A DNA stretch of 63,092 bases, the filler included, from Stramenopiles sp. TOSAG23-6 (lineage: Eukaryota), in assembly GCA_900128565.1 (NCBI GenBank). It is 10 parts of 10 records of this genome, joined end to end, with 100 filler letters (N's around TTAATTAATTAA, not from the genome) between each part and the next. Parts side by side here need not be neighbours in the genome. Positions count along the whole stretch, not along the records: positions 1 to 6,232 come from LT636746.1; positions 6,333 to 12,564 come from LT636747.1; positions 12,665 to 18,896 come from LT636748.1; 7 more parts are not named here. One strand, written 5' to 3'. Both the position numbers and the translations under genes were made by a program. Below are positions 1-12,773 of the stretch, piece after piece; position 1 is the stretch's first letter; the number at the start of each line of letters is the position of its first letter. The notes below the pieces were generated by a model. It ran no database searches and was not told the origin of the DNA. It was given only the letters and a program-made list of their open reading frames with translations.

Positions 1-109
1 TTTTGGAAAAATATTTCAAAAAAAATCTAAAAAAATTGTTAGGTACAAAATTTACAATAAAACAAATTCGATTTTTTTTTTACCGGAAAAAAAAAAAAAT
101 AAAACATAC
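1..109 (-). other. Non-canonical family intron in UTP20, 3' end cut by contig end (copies at 6333-6441, 12665-12773)
   Basis: AT|GTATGTTTT donor at 109, TACCTAAC branch motif, AAATATTTTTCCAAAA. Confidence 0.8.
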
Positions 110-3100
110 ATGATATCATTGGTCAATAATCTTAATAATGTTTCATATTTTTGAGATATTTTTGATGTTGCACAGGAAAGAAATAACTTTTCAATGGCCA
201 TGAGAGATTGGTATACTTTTGCATCTTTTTGAGATTGAGTACTTATATCATCATCATCCATATTTTCAACATCATTTACATTTAACTCAGTATCTACTTC
301 AGTGAGTAAAATATCTTTAATACCAAAGATGGATGTCTGTACATATTTGGTACAAGATAATAATGCGTCAGGTCTAGCATCGATCAATATACCAATTAAT
401 TGGGCAGCAGCAAGTCTCAATTTATCTTGTTGAGATGAAATCCATTTCATTACAAATTCAATCATTTCTTCTGCTTTTTGAAGAGAACACTTTCTCAGTA
501 ATAAATTCAAGGTATTTGATATCATACGCCGACAATCTGAGTTATGTATTTTGGAAAAATATTTCAAACAAAATCTAAAAAATATTGTTAGGTACAAATT
601 TTTTTTGAAAAAAATAAATTCGATTTTTTTTTTTTTTCGGTAAAAAAAAAAAAAAATAAATAAAACATACATTATCATTGACAAGTCGTAAAACAAGAGG
701 AAGAAACAATAACCCTGATTGATCATCAATTAGTTCTTTTGGAAACTTTTGAATAATTTTACCTAGAAATTTTAATAATGATAGTCGACCTGTATCGTAG
801 GGAAATGATAAATTTTTCATTACATGATCAATATGATTTTGTAATCGTTTCTTGCCTAATGGAAATAAAATTAAGTATAACATCAAAACTTCAGAACATG
901 AAGAACGGATTATATCATGCTGTGACGTCACCATACAATCCTGTAACTGTTCCATCAGAGTATACATCTCAACCGTCACAGTTTTTCTCTTGACTAGAGT
1001 TTTAATTAACTCAAAAGATGCTTTTTGTTTTTTTGGTATTTGAATACCCGACGATAGTAAATCAATCAAACACGATATTTGATTTGGGGTCAAAGTATAG
1101 TCTGAATGATGGCGTAGTAGAACACTAAGTGTGTGAAAACAACCTTGTGCCAAGTCAGCTTCTGCTGCTGCACCAAAATGGCCCAATACAGATAATAATC
1201 TGTTTACAATTCGAGGCATGAAAGACGGTAATGAAGGTAATTTCCACGAACTTAGTAATGACAGACATTTCATACTGAGCAACATTAATTGATCATTTTT
1301 TGTTCGATCACAACAACGTGTTAATAATCCAAGAATTGGATCCAATAGAGATAAATGTGATACATCATTTCGCTGTAATTTACCTTTTTTAAGAAAGGAA
1401 TATAAAGCTAATAAGGCATACTCTACAACAACATACTCATTTGCAGTAGCATAAGAGTGGTCGATGCCACGTGTCGTTAAACATTTACCACCAGTCAACC
1501 TTGGCTCGGGCAATACTTCATAATTATCAGCTTTATGACCATTACTTAATTTCATCTTTGAAGTTGTATCATCTGTATTGACTAACCATTTTTCGACTTC
1601 TACATTACCTTTTCCAGATTCAATTTTCATTCGACGTTTTGTTGTTGCTTTTGTATACCCAGATACAATTTTTTGTAAATAAATCATTAGATGAGGAATT
1701 TCTACACTATTATTTTGTACTAATCCTAAAGTAGCTCTTCGAAAAAGTTCTCTTATTTTGTTAATCGTTTTTTTGTCAACAGTTTCATTTAATTTTTCGC
1801 GAAGTGGTGTAAGAACAACATGAACGGCATCTGAAGGAAGAAATTGCATTGAAGTGAATAAAATTTCAAATGTGTCAAAACTTTTACACGTTTTGACTTC
1901 ACGCATTTGACGATGAGCATTTGAAACACCTGAATCAATTTCCTTTTGAATCGATGCCTGGCCAAAAATATCTTCTAACACAGTAGCTAATACAGTAGGA
2001 ATTATTCGCCATATTACCGAGTGATCCATTGGAACTTCTTTCGCGTCAAGAGCCTCATAAAACTCTTCAGGATGGAGTTTACTTTCAGAATCATCATCAC
2101 CACGTTCCTGACGCCATTTCAGTCTTTGATCTTTCCGAAATTGTTGTTGTTCATTCATTTCAATAATACTTTTCTTCATTAATTCAGTCTCAGGTTGAAG
2201 TAAAGATTTATCATAGAGATTACGAAGTACTGCATGTAGCGTATATCCCATAATGTGTACCATATAACCCTTATTCAAAGCATCATGTAATTGTTCAACA
2301 ATCATTGGAAGCTTTTGCAAACCAATCAAACACGAAATTTCCACCAACACATTTCGTGCTTCATCTCTTGCGTGTTGTGCTTTAACACGTAACACACGGC
2401 ATACAGATCTTGTTAATTGAGATATCGATGGATCACATATTGCACTTGGTAATTGCATAAGTAAACGAGTGAGTGCTAATGCAATCGGTGTTCGTACAGT
2501 TACTTGCGTCAAATCACTATTATGTCCCTCACCTCGACTTACTACACGGCGTATTAATTGCTTTTGTAATGGGGGGAGTAGACGAACTTGGATTGCACGT
2601 AATATAGATTGAATGGATACACATTTTGATGTTCCAATAGTAGCATCTGTTTCTGTTTCAATCGTAGCATCGAAATCACTTTTGATATTTTTAGGTACAA
2701 AAACATGAAAGCCGTCAAGCATCGCACATATTGCACGAATCAAAACCTTTTCAGAATTTGGTTTTCTTGGAACTTCTTCAATTAATTTAGTAATTTCTGA
2801 AATATATTTAGACCAACTCAAACGCTGAGATAAAGGTGTTAACACTCGAATTGCTTCCTCTCTAAGATCTGCTTTTATTGAAGTTTCACTTTCGCGAACT
2901 TTGGCTAATACTAAAGGTAACAAAATGTGTACCACAGTGAATGGTTTCAAGTCAAGTGAACCTAATGAGCCTTTATCCCCTGCTTGAACACGTAATCTCT
3001 GTAAAGCCTTCACCTGTCTATGAGCTTGAACATGAGTCATATTCAAGAAAAAATCCTGTTCAGGATCTATATGCTGCAACTGCTTTAAATCAGTATGCAT

Positions 3101-6100
3101 TGCAGGATGACAATCAGCAGGAAAATGAGACACAACATCTGACAATAACAACAACATTGAATGGCGAACAATAGGCTTTACAAATTGACCTGAAAATGTT
3201 GCTCTAATACCTGGCATCACTGTAGTTAGCATTAATCTATTACAATGAAAATTGGATACTTTTGTAGATAAAAACTTGACAGACAAACTCAGCATCCGAT
3301 GAGCATATTGGCGAATAAGCATTTCATCATTATGTATATCAAACATACACTGACTTAATATAACTTGCAGGAGGATTTGTTGATTGTTTTCTCGCATGCC
3401 AATTTCACATAATTCAATTATTGTATCTGGAATCTCAATTTTCTTTTCTTTGCATTTAGAAATCTTTTTTAATGTTTTTGAATTTTCATTAATAGGTTTT
3501 TTTATATGACTATTTTCTTGATTTTGTTGAATTGATGTTTTCGTCAATATGTCATACACTTTACCACGCTTTACAAAATTAAGTTCTTCTAGACCTTCCC
3601 AGCTATTTAGATCAGAAATGAATGAAGAAACAGTAGTAAACCAAGTCATATCAGATCTTTTTCCAATAGTAGAAAATACATCCACTAATAATTGACGTGT
3701 TACACGATCGTCATATCCACACATACTTGCAGCAGGACCAAGTAATGTCGCAAACAAGCCAATGTGTGACATGATTACACATTTTGGAACAATAGACACT
3801 AAGGATAGCAAGACTCGTAAAACATTGTTTTTGATTGCTATAGTTGCACGAGCAGCAGGGCGTAAAAAGGGTACAATTAGTTTTACTAATGGGGCAGCAA
3901 TTGTCGAGGATTTGATATACTTACTAATCTGTGATAAGATTGCTAATGCACGAGGAGCAAAAGGTGACTTCACAATTCGTTTATCACTTCCACCGAAACG
4001 GCTTGTGAAACATGTCAATATTTTTGGAATATATGAACGTAATAAACCTTCTGTACTTGTTGCTTTTGACGTTTGAGGTAGTAAATGTTCTACAATACTC
4101 AATACAGCTGAAACGACGCTTTCACTGACATCTTCACAGAGACAATCTAATGCTGCACTTAAAGGGCATATTTCATTTTGAACATTTTCATCTATTTTTT
4201 CATCGTCAACGTTTTCATCTACATTTTTATACTTATACACCAACATATTCGAGACGTCCTCATGCTGACTAGCCAAAACTTGAATAAAGTTCAATAATGC
4301 TGAAGGTTTAGTAGCCCCAATGAGTGAAGAAGACAAATTTTCAACACTACTTTGTAATGCATTCATATATATTTTGTACCAAAATGACCAATTGTAATCC
4401 GGATAGGTTTCAATAATAATCGACATTACATTGATACATAAAGAACGCAATTGTCTTCCATCTCTACCAGTAATATTTGAACTAATGCATTGTAGACCAA
4501 TGATTGCTGGTAACACAACATGTAATTTTGGTCGAAATTTTTGTCCAAATTGTTTTACCATATCAATACATAAATTAAGAAATCCAATACGCCTTGCACG
4601 ACTTACACCATTGTTATATACATTTGCTTGTGCTACTTCAATTACACTTGACACACGGTCTTCAACATCTTTGACGCTGACAGGAAATGAAACGTTATCA
4701 CAAGTATCAAATACAAATAGGTTTTCTTCTTTCGATGAAGATAAATTCGAAATTCGTACAGGATAAAAAGGACGAATGGCATGACTTGCAATAAATCCCA
4801 ACTCTTTCGGTTTTAATGTAGACAAATACGCGAGAACTGCATTACGACGATTTGATACACTTTCCTTCGCTTTCATTTTTCGTTCAATAATTCTACCCAT
4901 CAACAACCGAACAATGATTGGAATAATTCCATTGCGATATATATCTGGTATACTTCCACACAAACCTGCTTCATTTTCTGGTTCAAGTTTTAAAGTTCGC
5001 ATTTCATCTTTCCACGTGTCACGATTAGATAGTCTTAGTAATGCAGAACTATATTGATTTAAACTACCTTGTTTAAAAGCTAAAACACATTTTAAAGCAG
5101 AGGAAGATATTTCAGATTTACCTAATAAAATTACACAAGATCTATGTAATCTCCTGGATTCATAATTACCCTTTAAATTTTGAAAAGTCGAAAATAGTTC
5201 TAGAAATGCAGCAATGCGTTCATTAGTGCTTTTTATGCTTACACCATTATGTACATCATTATTATCCTCATCATCATCATCAGAAGTCTTAGCAAATGTT
5301 TTGTTCATCATTTGGTTTGACATAAACGTTTTAATTATTTCTTTTTCTGAAATTTCATTTTGTGTAGAAATTGATAACAATTCCCAAGCATCAGGATCAT
5401 TTTGAAATGATATATTACTATATTCACAAGCAATGCATCGAAAAAATAACGAAATTAAAAATTTGTTTTTAGATTCTGCTAAAGTTGGCATGCCTTGTAG
5501 TAGTTGTAATAGTAAAGACAATTTTTTACTAGGACCCGTAGGATCAGTATCAACAAACACGAAACCAGCGACTGACGATGAACGTAAAGCACGATTAAAT
5601 GAAGAAAATAATGAAATCACATTTTTCGTGTTTTTCGTATTGAATATTTCATCTTTTGATCTCTGACCAGTTAGTTTTGCACGTAAATTTCGACGTTTTC
5701 GATTCTCATGTTCAACAAGTTGTTTCGTTTTAACTGTGTGATCCTGATTTATTTGATTCATATTACATAAAATGTCAAGATTTTCAAGATTTTCAAGATT
5801 TTCTCTTTCTTTTTGTACATCCATTGAAGACTGACCATACCCACCACCCAATTCCTGCTCAAATATAGCACGTGTCAATTGACGAGCAGCAAGCGGCCAC
5901 AATAGGCTAGTTACTTTTGGTGTATTCGATACACTTGAAAATATACTTTTTATAGTTGGCCAAATTCGATTGTATCTGACATTAAATAGACCAATAAAAT
6001 GTTGTAATGCAAAACGAACGTATATACGAGGCAAGCGACTGTTCTGCAAATACACTTTAATATGTTCCATTCTTGCTCTTACGTCACGATCGCTTTCAAA

Positions 6101-6232
6101 ATCTCTTGATTTTCTTTCGATGAATAATAATTGTTCAAATAAAAGACATTCTGTCCCAGGAATATTTCGTGTTGTACTATTTTCAGAATTATTTTCAGAA
6201 TTATTTTCAGAATTATTTTCAGAATTATTTTC
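110..6232 (-). CDS. UTP20: UTP20 (U3 snoRNP/SSU processome HEAT-repeat protein), partial at both ends; exons 6232-671 and 543-110
   Basis: Large HEAT-like ORF with UTP20/DRIM-type motifs (DPEQDFFLNMTHVQAHRQVKAL, GYMVHIMGYTLH, LFPLGKKRLQNH, FLPLVLRLVND). Frame is open from the contig end at 6232. Removing 544-670 joins ..LVNDN to NSDCRRM.. in frame. Confidence 0.88.
544..670 (-). other. GT-AT intron, 127 nt, phase 0, UTP20 (copies at 6876-7002, 13208-13334)
   Basis: AAT|GTATGTTTT..TACCTAAC..AAATATTTTTCCAAAATACAT|AAC; joins two out-of-frame ORFs. Confidence 0.85.
6178..6232 (-). repeat. 12-bp coding tandem repeat (ENNS)n at contig break
   Basis: (TTATTTTCAGAA) about 4.5 copies on + strand. 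Confidence 0.9.
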
Positions 6233-6332
6233 NNNNNNNNNNNNNNNNNNNNNNNNNNNNNNNNNNNNNNNNNNNNTTAATTAATTAANNNNNNNNNNNN
6301 NNNNNNNNNNNNNNNNNNNNNNNNNNNNNNNN
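6233..6332. other. Artificial contig linker (N44-TTAATTAATTAA-N44); also at 12565-12664, 18897-18996, 25227-25326, 31555-31654, 37874-37973, 44191-44290, 50493-50592, 56795-56894
   Basis: Same 100-nt spacer with six-frame stop cassette; flanking contigs sorted by length. Confidence 0.97.
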
Positions 6333-6441
6333 TTTTGGAAAAATATTTCAAAAAAAATCTAAAAAAATTGTTAGGTACAAAATTTACAATAAAACAAATT
6401 CGATTTTTTTTTTACCGGAAAAAAAAAAAAATAAAACATAC

Positions 6442-9400
6442 ATGATATCATTGGTCAATAATCTTAATAATGTTTCATATTTTTGAGATATTTTTGATGT
6501 TGCACAGGAAAGAAATAACTTTTCAATGGCCATGAGAGATTGGTATACTTTTGCATCTTTTTGAGATTGAGTACTTATATCATCATCATCCATATTTTCA
6601 ACATCATTTACATTTAACTCAGTATCTACTTCAGTGAGTAAAATATCTTTAATACCAAAGATGGATGTCTGTACATATTTGGTACAAGATAATAATGCGT
6701 CAGGTCTAGCATCGATCAATATACCAATTAATTGGGCAGCAGCAAGTCTCAATTTATCTTGTTGAGATGAAATCCATTTCATTACAAATTCAATCATTTC
6801 TTCTGCTTTTTGAAGAGAACACTTTCTCAGTAATAAATTCAAGGTATTTGATATCATACGCCGACAATCTGAGTTATGTATTTTGGAAAAATATTTCAAA
6901 CAAAATCTAAAAAATATTGTTAGGTACAAATTTTTTTTGAAAAAAATAAATTCGATTTTTTTTTTTTTTCGGTAAAAAAAAAAAAAAATAAATAAAACAT
7001 ACATTATCATTGACAAGTCGTAAAACAAGAGGAAGAAACAATAACCCTGATTGATCATCAATTAGTTCTTTTGGAAACTTTTGAATAATTTTACCTAGAA
7101 ATTTTAATAATGATAGTCGACCTGTATCGTAGGGAAATGATAAATTTTTCATTACATGATCAATATGATTTTGTAATCGTTTCTTGCCTAATGGAAATAA
7201 AATTAAGTATAACATCAAAACTTCAGAACATGAAGAACGGATTATATCATGCTGTGACGTCACCATACAATCCTGTAACTGTTCCATCAGAGTATACATC
7301 TCAACCGTCACAGTTTTTCTCTTGACTAGAGTTTTAATTAACTCAAAAGATGCTTTTTGTTTTTTTGGTATTTGAATACCCGACGATAGTAAATCAATCA
7401 AACACGATATTTGATTTGGGGTCAAAGTATAGTCTGAATGATGGCGTAGTAGAACACTAAGTGTGTGAAAACAACCTTGTGCCAAGTCAGCTTCTGCTGC
7501 TGCACCAAAATGGCCCAATACAGATAATAATCTGTTTACAATTCGAGGCATGAAAGACGGTAATGAAGGTAATTTCCACGAACTTAGTAATGACAGACAT
7601 TTCATACTGAGCAACATTAATTGATCATTTTTTGTTCGATCACAACAACGTGTTAATAATCCAAGAATTGGATCCAATAGAGATAAATGTGATACATCAT
7701 TTCGCTGTAATTTACCTTTTTTAAGAAAGGAATATAAAGCTAATAAGGCATACTCTACAACAACATACTCATTTGCAGTAGCATAAGAGTGGTCGATGCC
7801 ACGTGTCGTTAAACATTTACCACCAGTCAACCTTGGCTCGGGCAATACTTCATAATTATCAGCTTTATGACCATTACTTAATTTCATCTTTGAAGTTGTA
7901 TCATCTGTATTGACTAACCATTTTTCGACTTCTACATTACCTTTTCCAGATTCAATTTTCATTCGACGTTTTGTTGTTGCTTTTGTATACCCAGATACAA
8001 TTTTTTGTAAATAAATCATTAGATGAGGAATTTCTACACTATTATTTTGTACTAATCCTAAAGTAGCTCTTCGAAAAAGTTCTCTTATTTTGTTAATCGT
8101 TTTTTTGTCAACAGTTTCATTTAATTTTTCGCGAAGTGGTGTAAGAACAACATGAACGGCATCTGAAGGAAGAAATTGCATTGAAGTGAATAAAATTTCA
8201 AATGTGTCAAAACTTTTACACGTTTTGACTTCACGCATTTGACGATGAGCATTTGAAACACCTGAATCAATTTCCTTTTGAATCGATGCCTGGCCAAAAA
8301 TATCTTCTAACACAGTAGCTAATACAGTAGGAATTATTCGCCATATTACCGAGTGATCCATTGGAACTTCTTTCGCGTCAAGAGCCTCATAAAACTCTTC
8401 AGGATGGAGTTTACTTTCAGAATCATCATCACCACGTTCCTGACGCCATTTCAGTCTTTGATCTTTCCGAAATTGTTGTTGTTCATTCATTTCAATAATA
8501 CTTTTCTTCATTAATTCAGTCTCAGGTTGAAGTAAAGATTTATCATAGAGATTACGAAGTACTGCATGTAGCGTATATCCCATAATGTGTACCATATAAC
8601 CCTTATTCAAAGCATCATGTAATTGTTCAACAATCATTGGAAGCTTTTGCAAACCAATCAAACACGAAATTTCCACCAACACATTTCGTGCTTCATCTCT
8701 TGCGTGTTGTGCTTTAACACGTAACACACGGCATACAGATCTTGTTAATTGAGATATCGATGGATCACATATTGCACTTGGTAATTGCATAAGTAAACGA
8801 GTGAGTGCTAATGCAATCGGTGTTCGTACAGTTACTTGCGTCAAATCACTATTATGTCCCTCACCTCGACTTACTACACGGCGTATTAATTGCTTTTGTA
8901 ATGGGGGGAGTAGACGAACTTGGATTGCACGTAATATAGATTGAATGGATACACATTTTGATGTTCCAATAGTAGCATCTGTTTCTGTTTCAATCGTAGC
9001 ATCGAAATCACTTTTGATATTTTTAGGTACAAAAACATGAAAGCCGTCAAGCATCGCACATATTGCACGAATCAAAACCTTTTCAGAATTTGGTTTTCTT
9101 GGAACTTCTTCAATTAATTTAGTAATTTCTGAAATATATTTAGACCAACTCAAACGCTGAGATAAAGGTGTTAACACTCGAATTGCTTCCTCTCTAAGAT
9201 CTGCTTTTATTGAAGTTTCACTTTCGCGAACTTTGGCTAATACTAAAGGTAACAAAATGTGTACCACAGTGAATGGTTTCAAGTCAAGTGAACCTAATGA
9301 GCCTTTATCCCCTGCTTGAACACGTAATCTCTGTAAAGCCTTCACCTGTCTATGAGCTTGAACATGAGTCATATTCAAGAAAAAATCCTGTTCAGGATCT

Positions 9401-12400
9401 ATATGCTGCAACTGCTTTAAATCAGTATGCATTGCAGGATGACAATCAGCAGGAAAATGAGACACAACATCTGACAATAACAACAACATTGAATGGCGAA
9501 CAATAGGCTTTACAAATTGACCTGAAAATGTTGCTCTAATACCTGGCATCACTGTAGTTAGCATTAATCTATTACAATGAAAATTGGATACTTTTGTAGA
9601 TAAAAACTTGACAGACAAACTCAGCATCCGATGAGCATATTGGCGAATAAGCATTTCATCATTATGTATATCAAACATACACTGACTTAATATAACTTGC
9701 AGGAGGATTTGTTGATTGTTTTCTCGCATGCCAATTTCACATAATTCAATTATTGTATCTGGAATCTCAATTTTCTTTTCTTTGCATTTAGAAATCTTTT
9801 TTAATGTTTTTGAATTTTCATTAATAGGTTTTTTTATATGACTATTTTCTTGATTTTGTTGAATTGATGTTTTCGTCAATATGTCATACACTTTACCACG
9901 CTTTACAAAATTAAGTTCTTCTAGACCTTCCCAGCTATTTAGATCAGAAATGAATGAAGAAACAGTAGTAAACCAAGTCATATCAGATCTTTTTCCAATA
10001 GTAGAAAATACATCCACTAATAATTGACGTGTTACACGATCGTCATATCCACACATACTTGCAGCAGGACCAAGTAATGTCGCAAACAAGCCAATGTGTG
10101 ACATGATTACACATTTTGGAACAATAGACACTAAGGATAGCAAGACTCGTAAAACATTGTTTTTGATTGCTATAGTTGCACGAGCAGCAGGGCGTAAAAA
10201 GGGTACAATTAGTTTTACTAATGGGGCAGCAATTGTCGAGGATTTGATATACTTACTAATCTGTGATAAGATTGCTAATGCACGAGGAGCAAAAGGTGAC
10301 TTCACAATTCGTTTATCACTTCCACCGAAACGGCTTGTGAAACATGTCAATATTTTTGGAATATATGAACGTAATAAACCTTCTGTACTTGTTGCTTTTG
10401 ACGTTTGAGGTAGTAAATGTTCTACAATACTCAATACAGCTGAAACGACGCTTTCACTGACATCTTCACAGAGACAATCTAATGCTGCACTTAAAGGGCA
10501 TATTTCATTTTGAACATTTTCATCTATTTTTTCATCGTCAACGTTTTCATCTACATTTTTATACTTATACACCAACATATTCGAGACGTCCTCATGCTGA
10601 CTAGCCAAAACTTGAATAAAGTTCAATAATGCTGAAGGTTTAGTAGCCCCAATGAGTGAAGAAGACAAATTTTCAACACTACTTTGTAATGCATTCATAT
10701 ATATTTTGTACCAAAATGACCAATTGTAATCCGGATAGGTTTCAATAATAATCGACATTACATTGATACATAAAGAACGCAATTGTCTTCCATCTCTACC
10801 AGTAATATTTGAACTAATGCATTGTAGACCAATGATTGCTGGTAACACAACATGTAATTTTGGTCGAAATTTTTGTCCAAATTGTTTTACCATATCAATA
10901 CATAAATTAAGAAATCCAATACGCCTTGCACGACTTACACCATTGTTATATACATTTGCTTGTGCTACTTCAATTACACTTGACACACGGTCTTCAACAT
11001 CTTTGACGCTGACAGGAAATGAAACGTTATCACAAGTATCAAATACAAATAGGTTTTCTTCTTTCGATGAAGATAAATTCGAAATTCGTACAGGATAAAA
11101 AGGACGAATGGCATGACTTGCAATAAATCCCAACTCTTTCGGTTTTAATGTAGACAAATACGCGAGAACTGCATTACGACGATTTGATACACTTTCCTTC
11201 GCTTTCATTTTTCGTTCAATAATTCTACCCATCAACAACCGAACAATGATTGGAATAATTCCATTGCGATATATATCTGGTATACTTCCACACAAACCTG
11301 CTTCATTTTCTGGTTCAAGTTTTAAAGTTCGCATTTCATCTTTCCACGTGTCACGATTAGATAGTCTTAGTAATGCAGAACTATATTGATTTAAACTACC
11401 TTGTTTAAAAGCTAAAACACATTTTAAAGCAGAGGAAGATATTTCAGATTTACCTAATAAAATTACACAAGATCTATGTAATCTCCTGGATTCATAATTA
11501 CCCTTTAAATTTTGAAAAGTCGAAAATAGTTCTAGAAATGCAGCAATGCGTTCATTAGTGCTTTTTATGCTTACACCATTATGTACATCATTATTATCCT
11601 CATCATCATCATCAGAAGTCTTAGCAAATGTTTTGTTCATCATTTGGTTTGACATAAACGTTTTAATTATTTCTTTTTCTGAAATTTCATTTTGTGTAGA
11701 AATTGATAACAATTCCCAAGCATCAGGATCATTTTGAAATGATATATTACTATATTCACAAGCAATGCATCGAAAAAATAACGAAATTAAAAATTTGTTT
11801 TTAGATTCTGCTAAAGTTGGCATGCCTTGTAGTAGTTGTAATAGTAAAGACAATTTTTTACTAGGACCCGTAGGATCAGTATCAACAAACACGAAACCAG
11901 CGACTGACGATGAACGTAAAGCACGATTAAATGAAGAAAATAATGAAATCACATTTTTCGTGTTTTTCGTATTGAATATTTCATCTTTTGATCTCTGACC
12001 AGTTAGTTTTGCACGTAAATTTCGACGTTTTCGATTCTCATGTTCAACAAGTTGTTTCGTTTTAACTGTGTGATCCTGATTTATTTGATTCATATTACAT
12101 AAAATGTCAAGATTTTCAAGATTTTCAAGATTTTCTCTTTCTTTTTGTACATCCATTGAAGACTGACCATACCCACCACCCAATTCCTGCTCAAATATAG
12201 CACGTGTCAATTGACGAGCAGCAAGCGGCCACAATAGGCTAGTTACTTTTGGTGTATTCGATACACTTGAAAATATACTTTTTATAGTTGGCCAAATTCG
12301 ATTGTATCTGACATTAAATAGACCAATAAAATGTTGTAATGCAAAACGAACGTATATACGAGGCAAGCGACTGTTCTGCAAATACACTTTAATATGTTCC

Positions 12401-12564
12401 ATTCTTGCTCTTACGTCACGATCGCTTTCAAAATCTCTTGATTTTCTTTCGATGAATAATAATTGTTCAAATAAAAGACATTCTGTCCCAGGAATATTTC
12501 GTGTTGTACTATTTTCAGAATTATTTTCAGAATTATTTTCAGAATTATTTTCAGAATTATTTTC
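6442..12564 (-). CDS. UTP20: UTP20, redundant contig copy 2
   Basis: Identical ORF translations, offset +6332. Confidence 0.85.
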
Positions 12565-12773
12565 NNNNNNNNNNNNNNNNNNNNNNNNNNNNNNNNNNNN
12601 NNNNNNNNTTAATTAATTAANNNNNNNNNNNNNNNNNNNNNNNNNNNNNNNNNNNNNNNNNNNNTTTTGGAAAAATATTTCAAAAAAAATCTAAAAAAAT
12701 TGTTAGGTACAAAATTTACAATAAAACAAATTCGATTTTTTTTTTACCGGAAAAAAAAAAAAATAAAACATAC

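Noticed and set aside
544-672. Reading the family as U12-type AT-AC introns (AT GTAT..ATAC)
   Set aside because: No ATATCCTT donor or TCCTTAAC branch; five donors are preceded by CT or TT; the shift would turn the conserved AdoMetDC Pro into His.
6277-6288. TTAATTAATTAA palindrome recurring every ~6.3 kb
   Set aside because: Synthetic six-frame stop spacer embedded in Ns.
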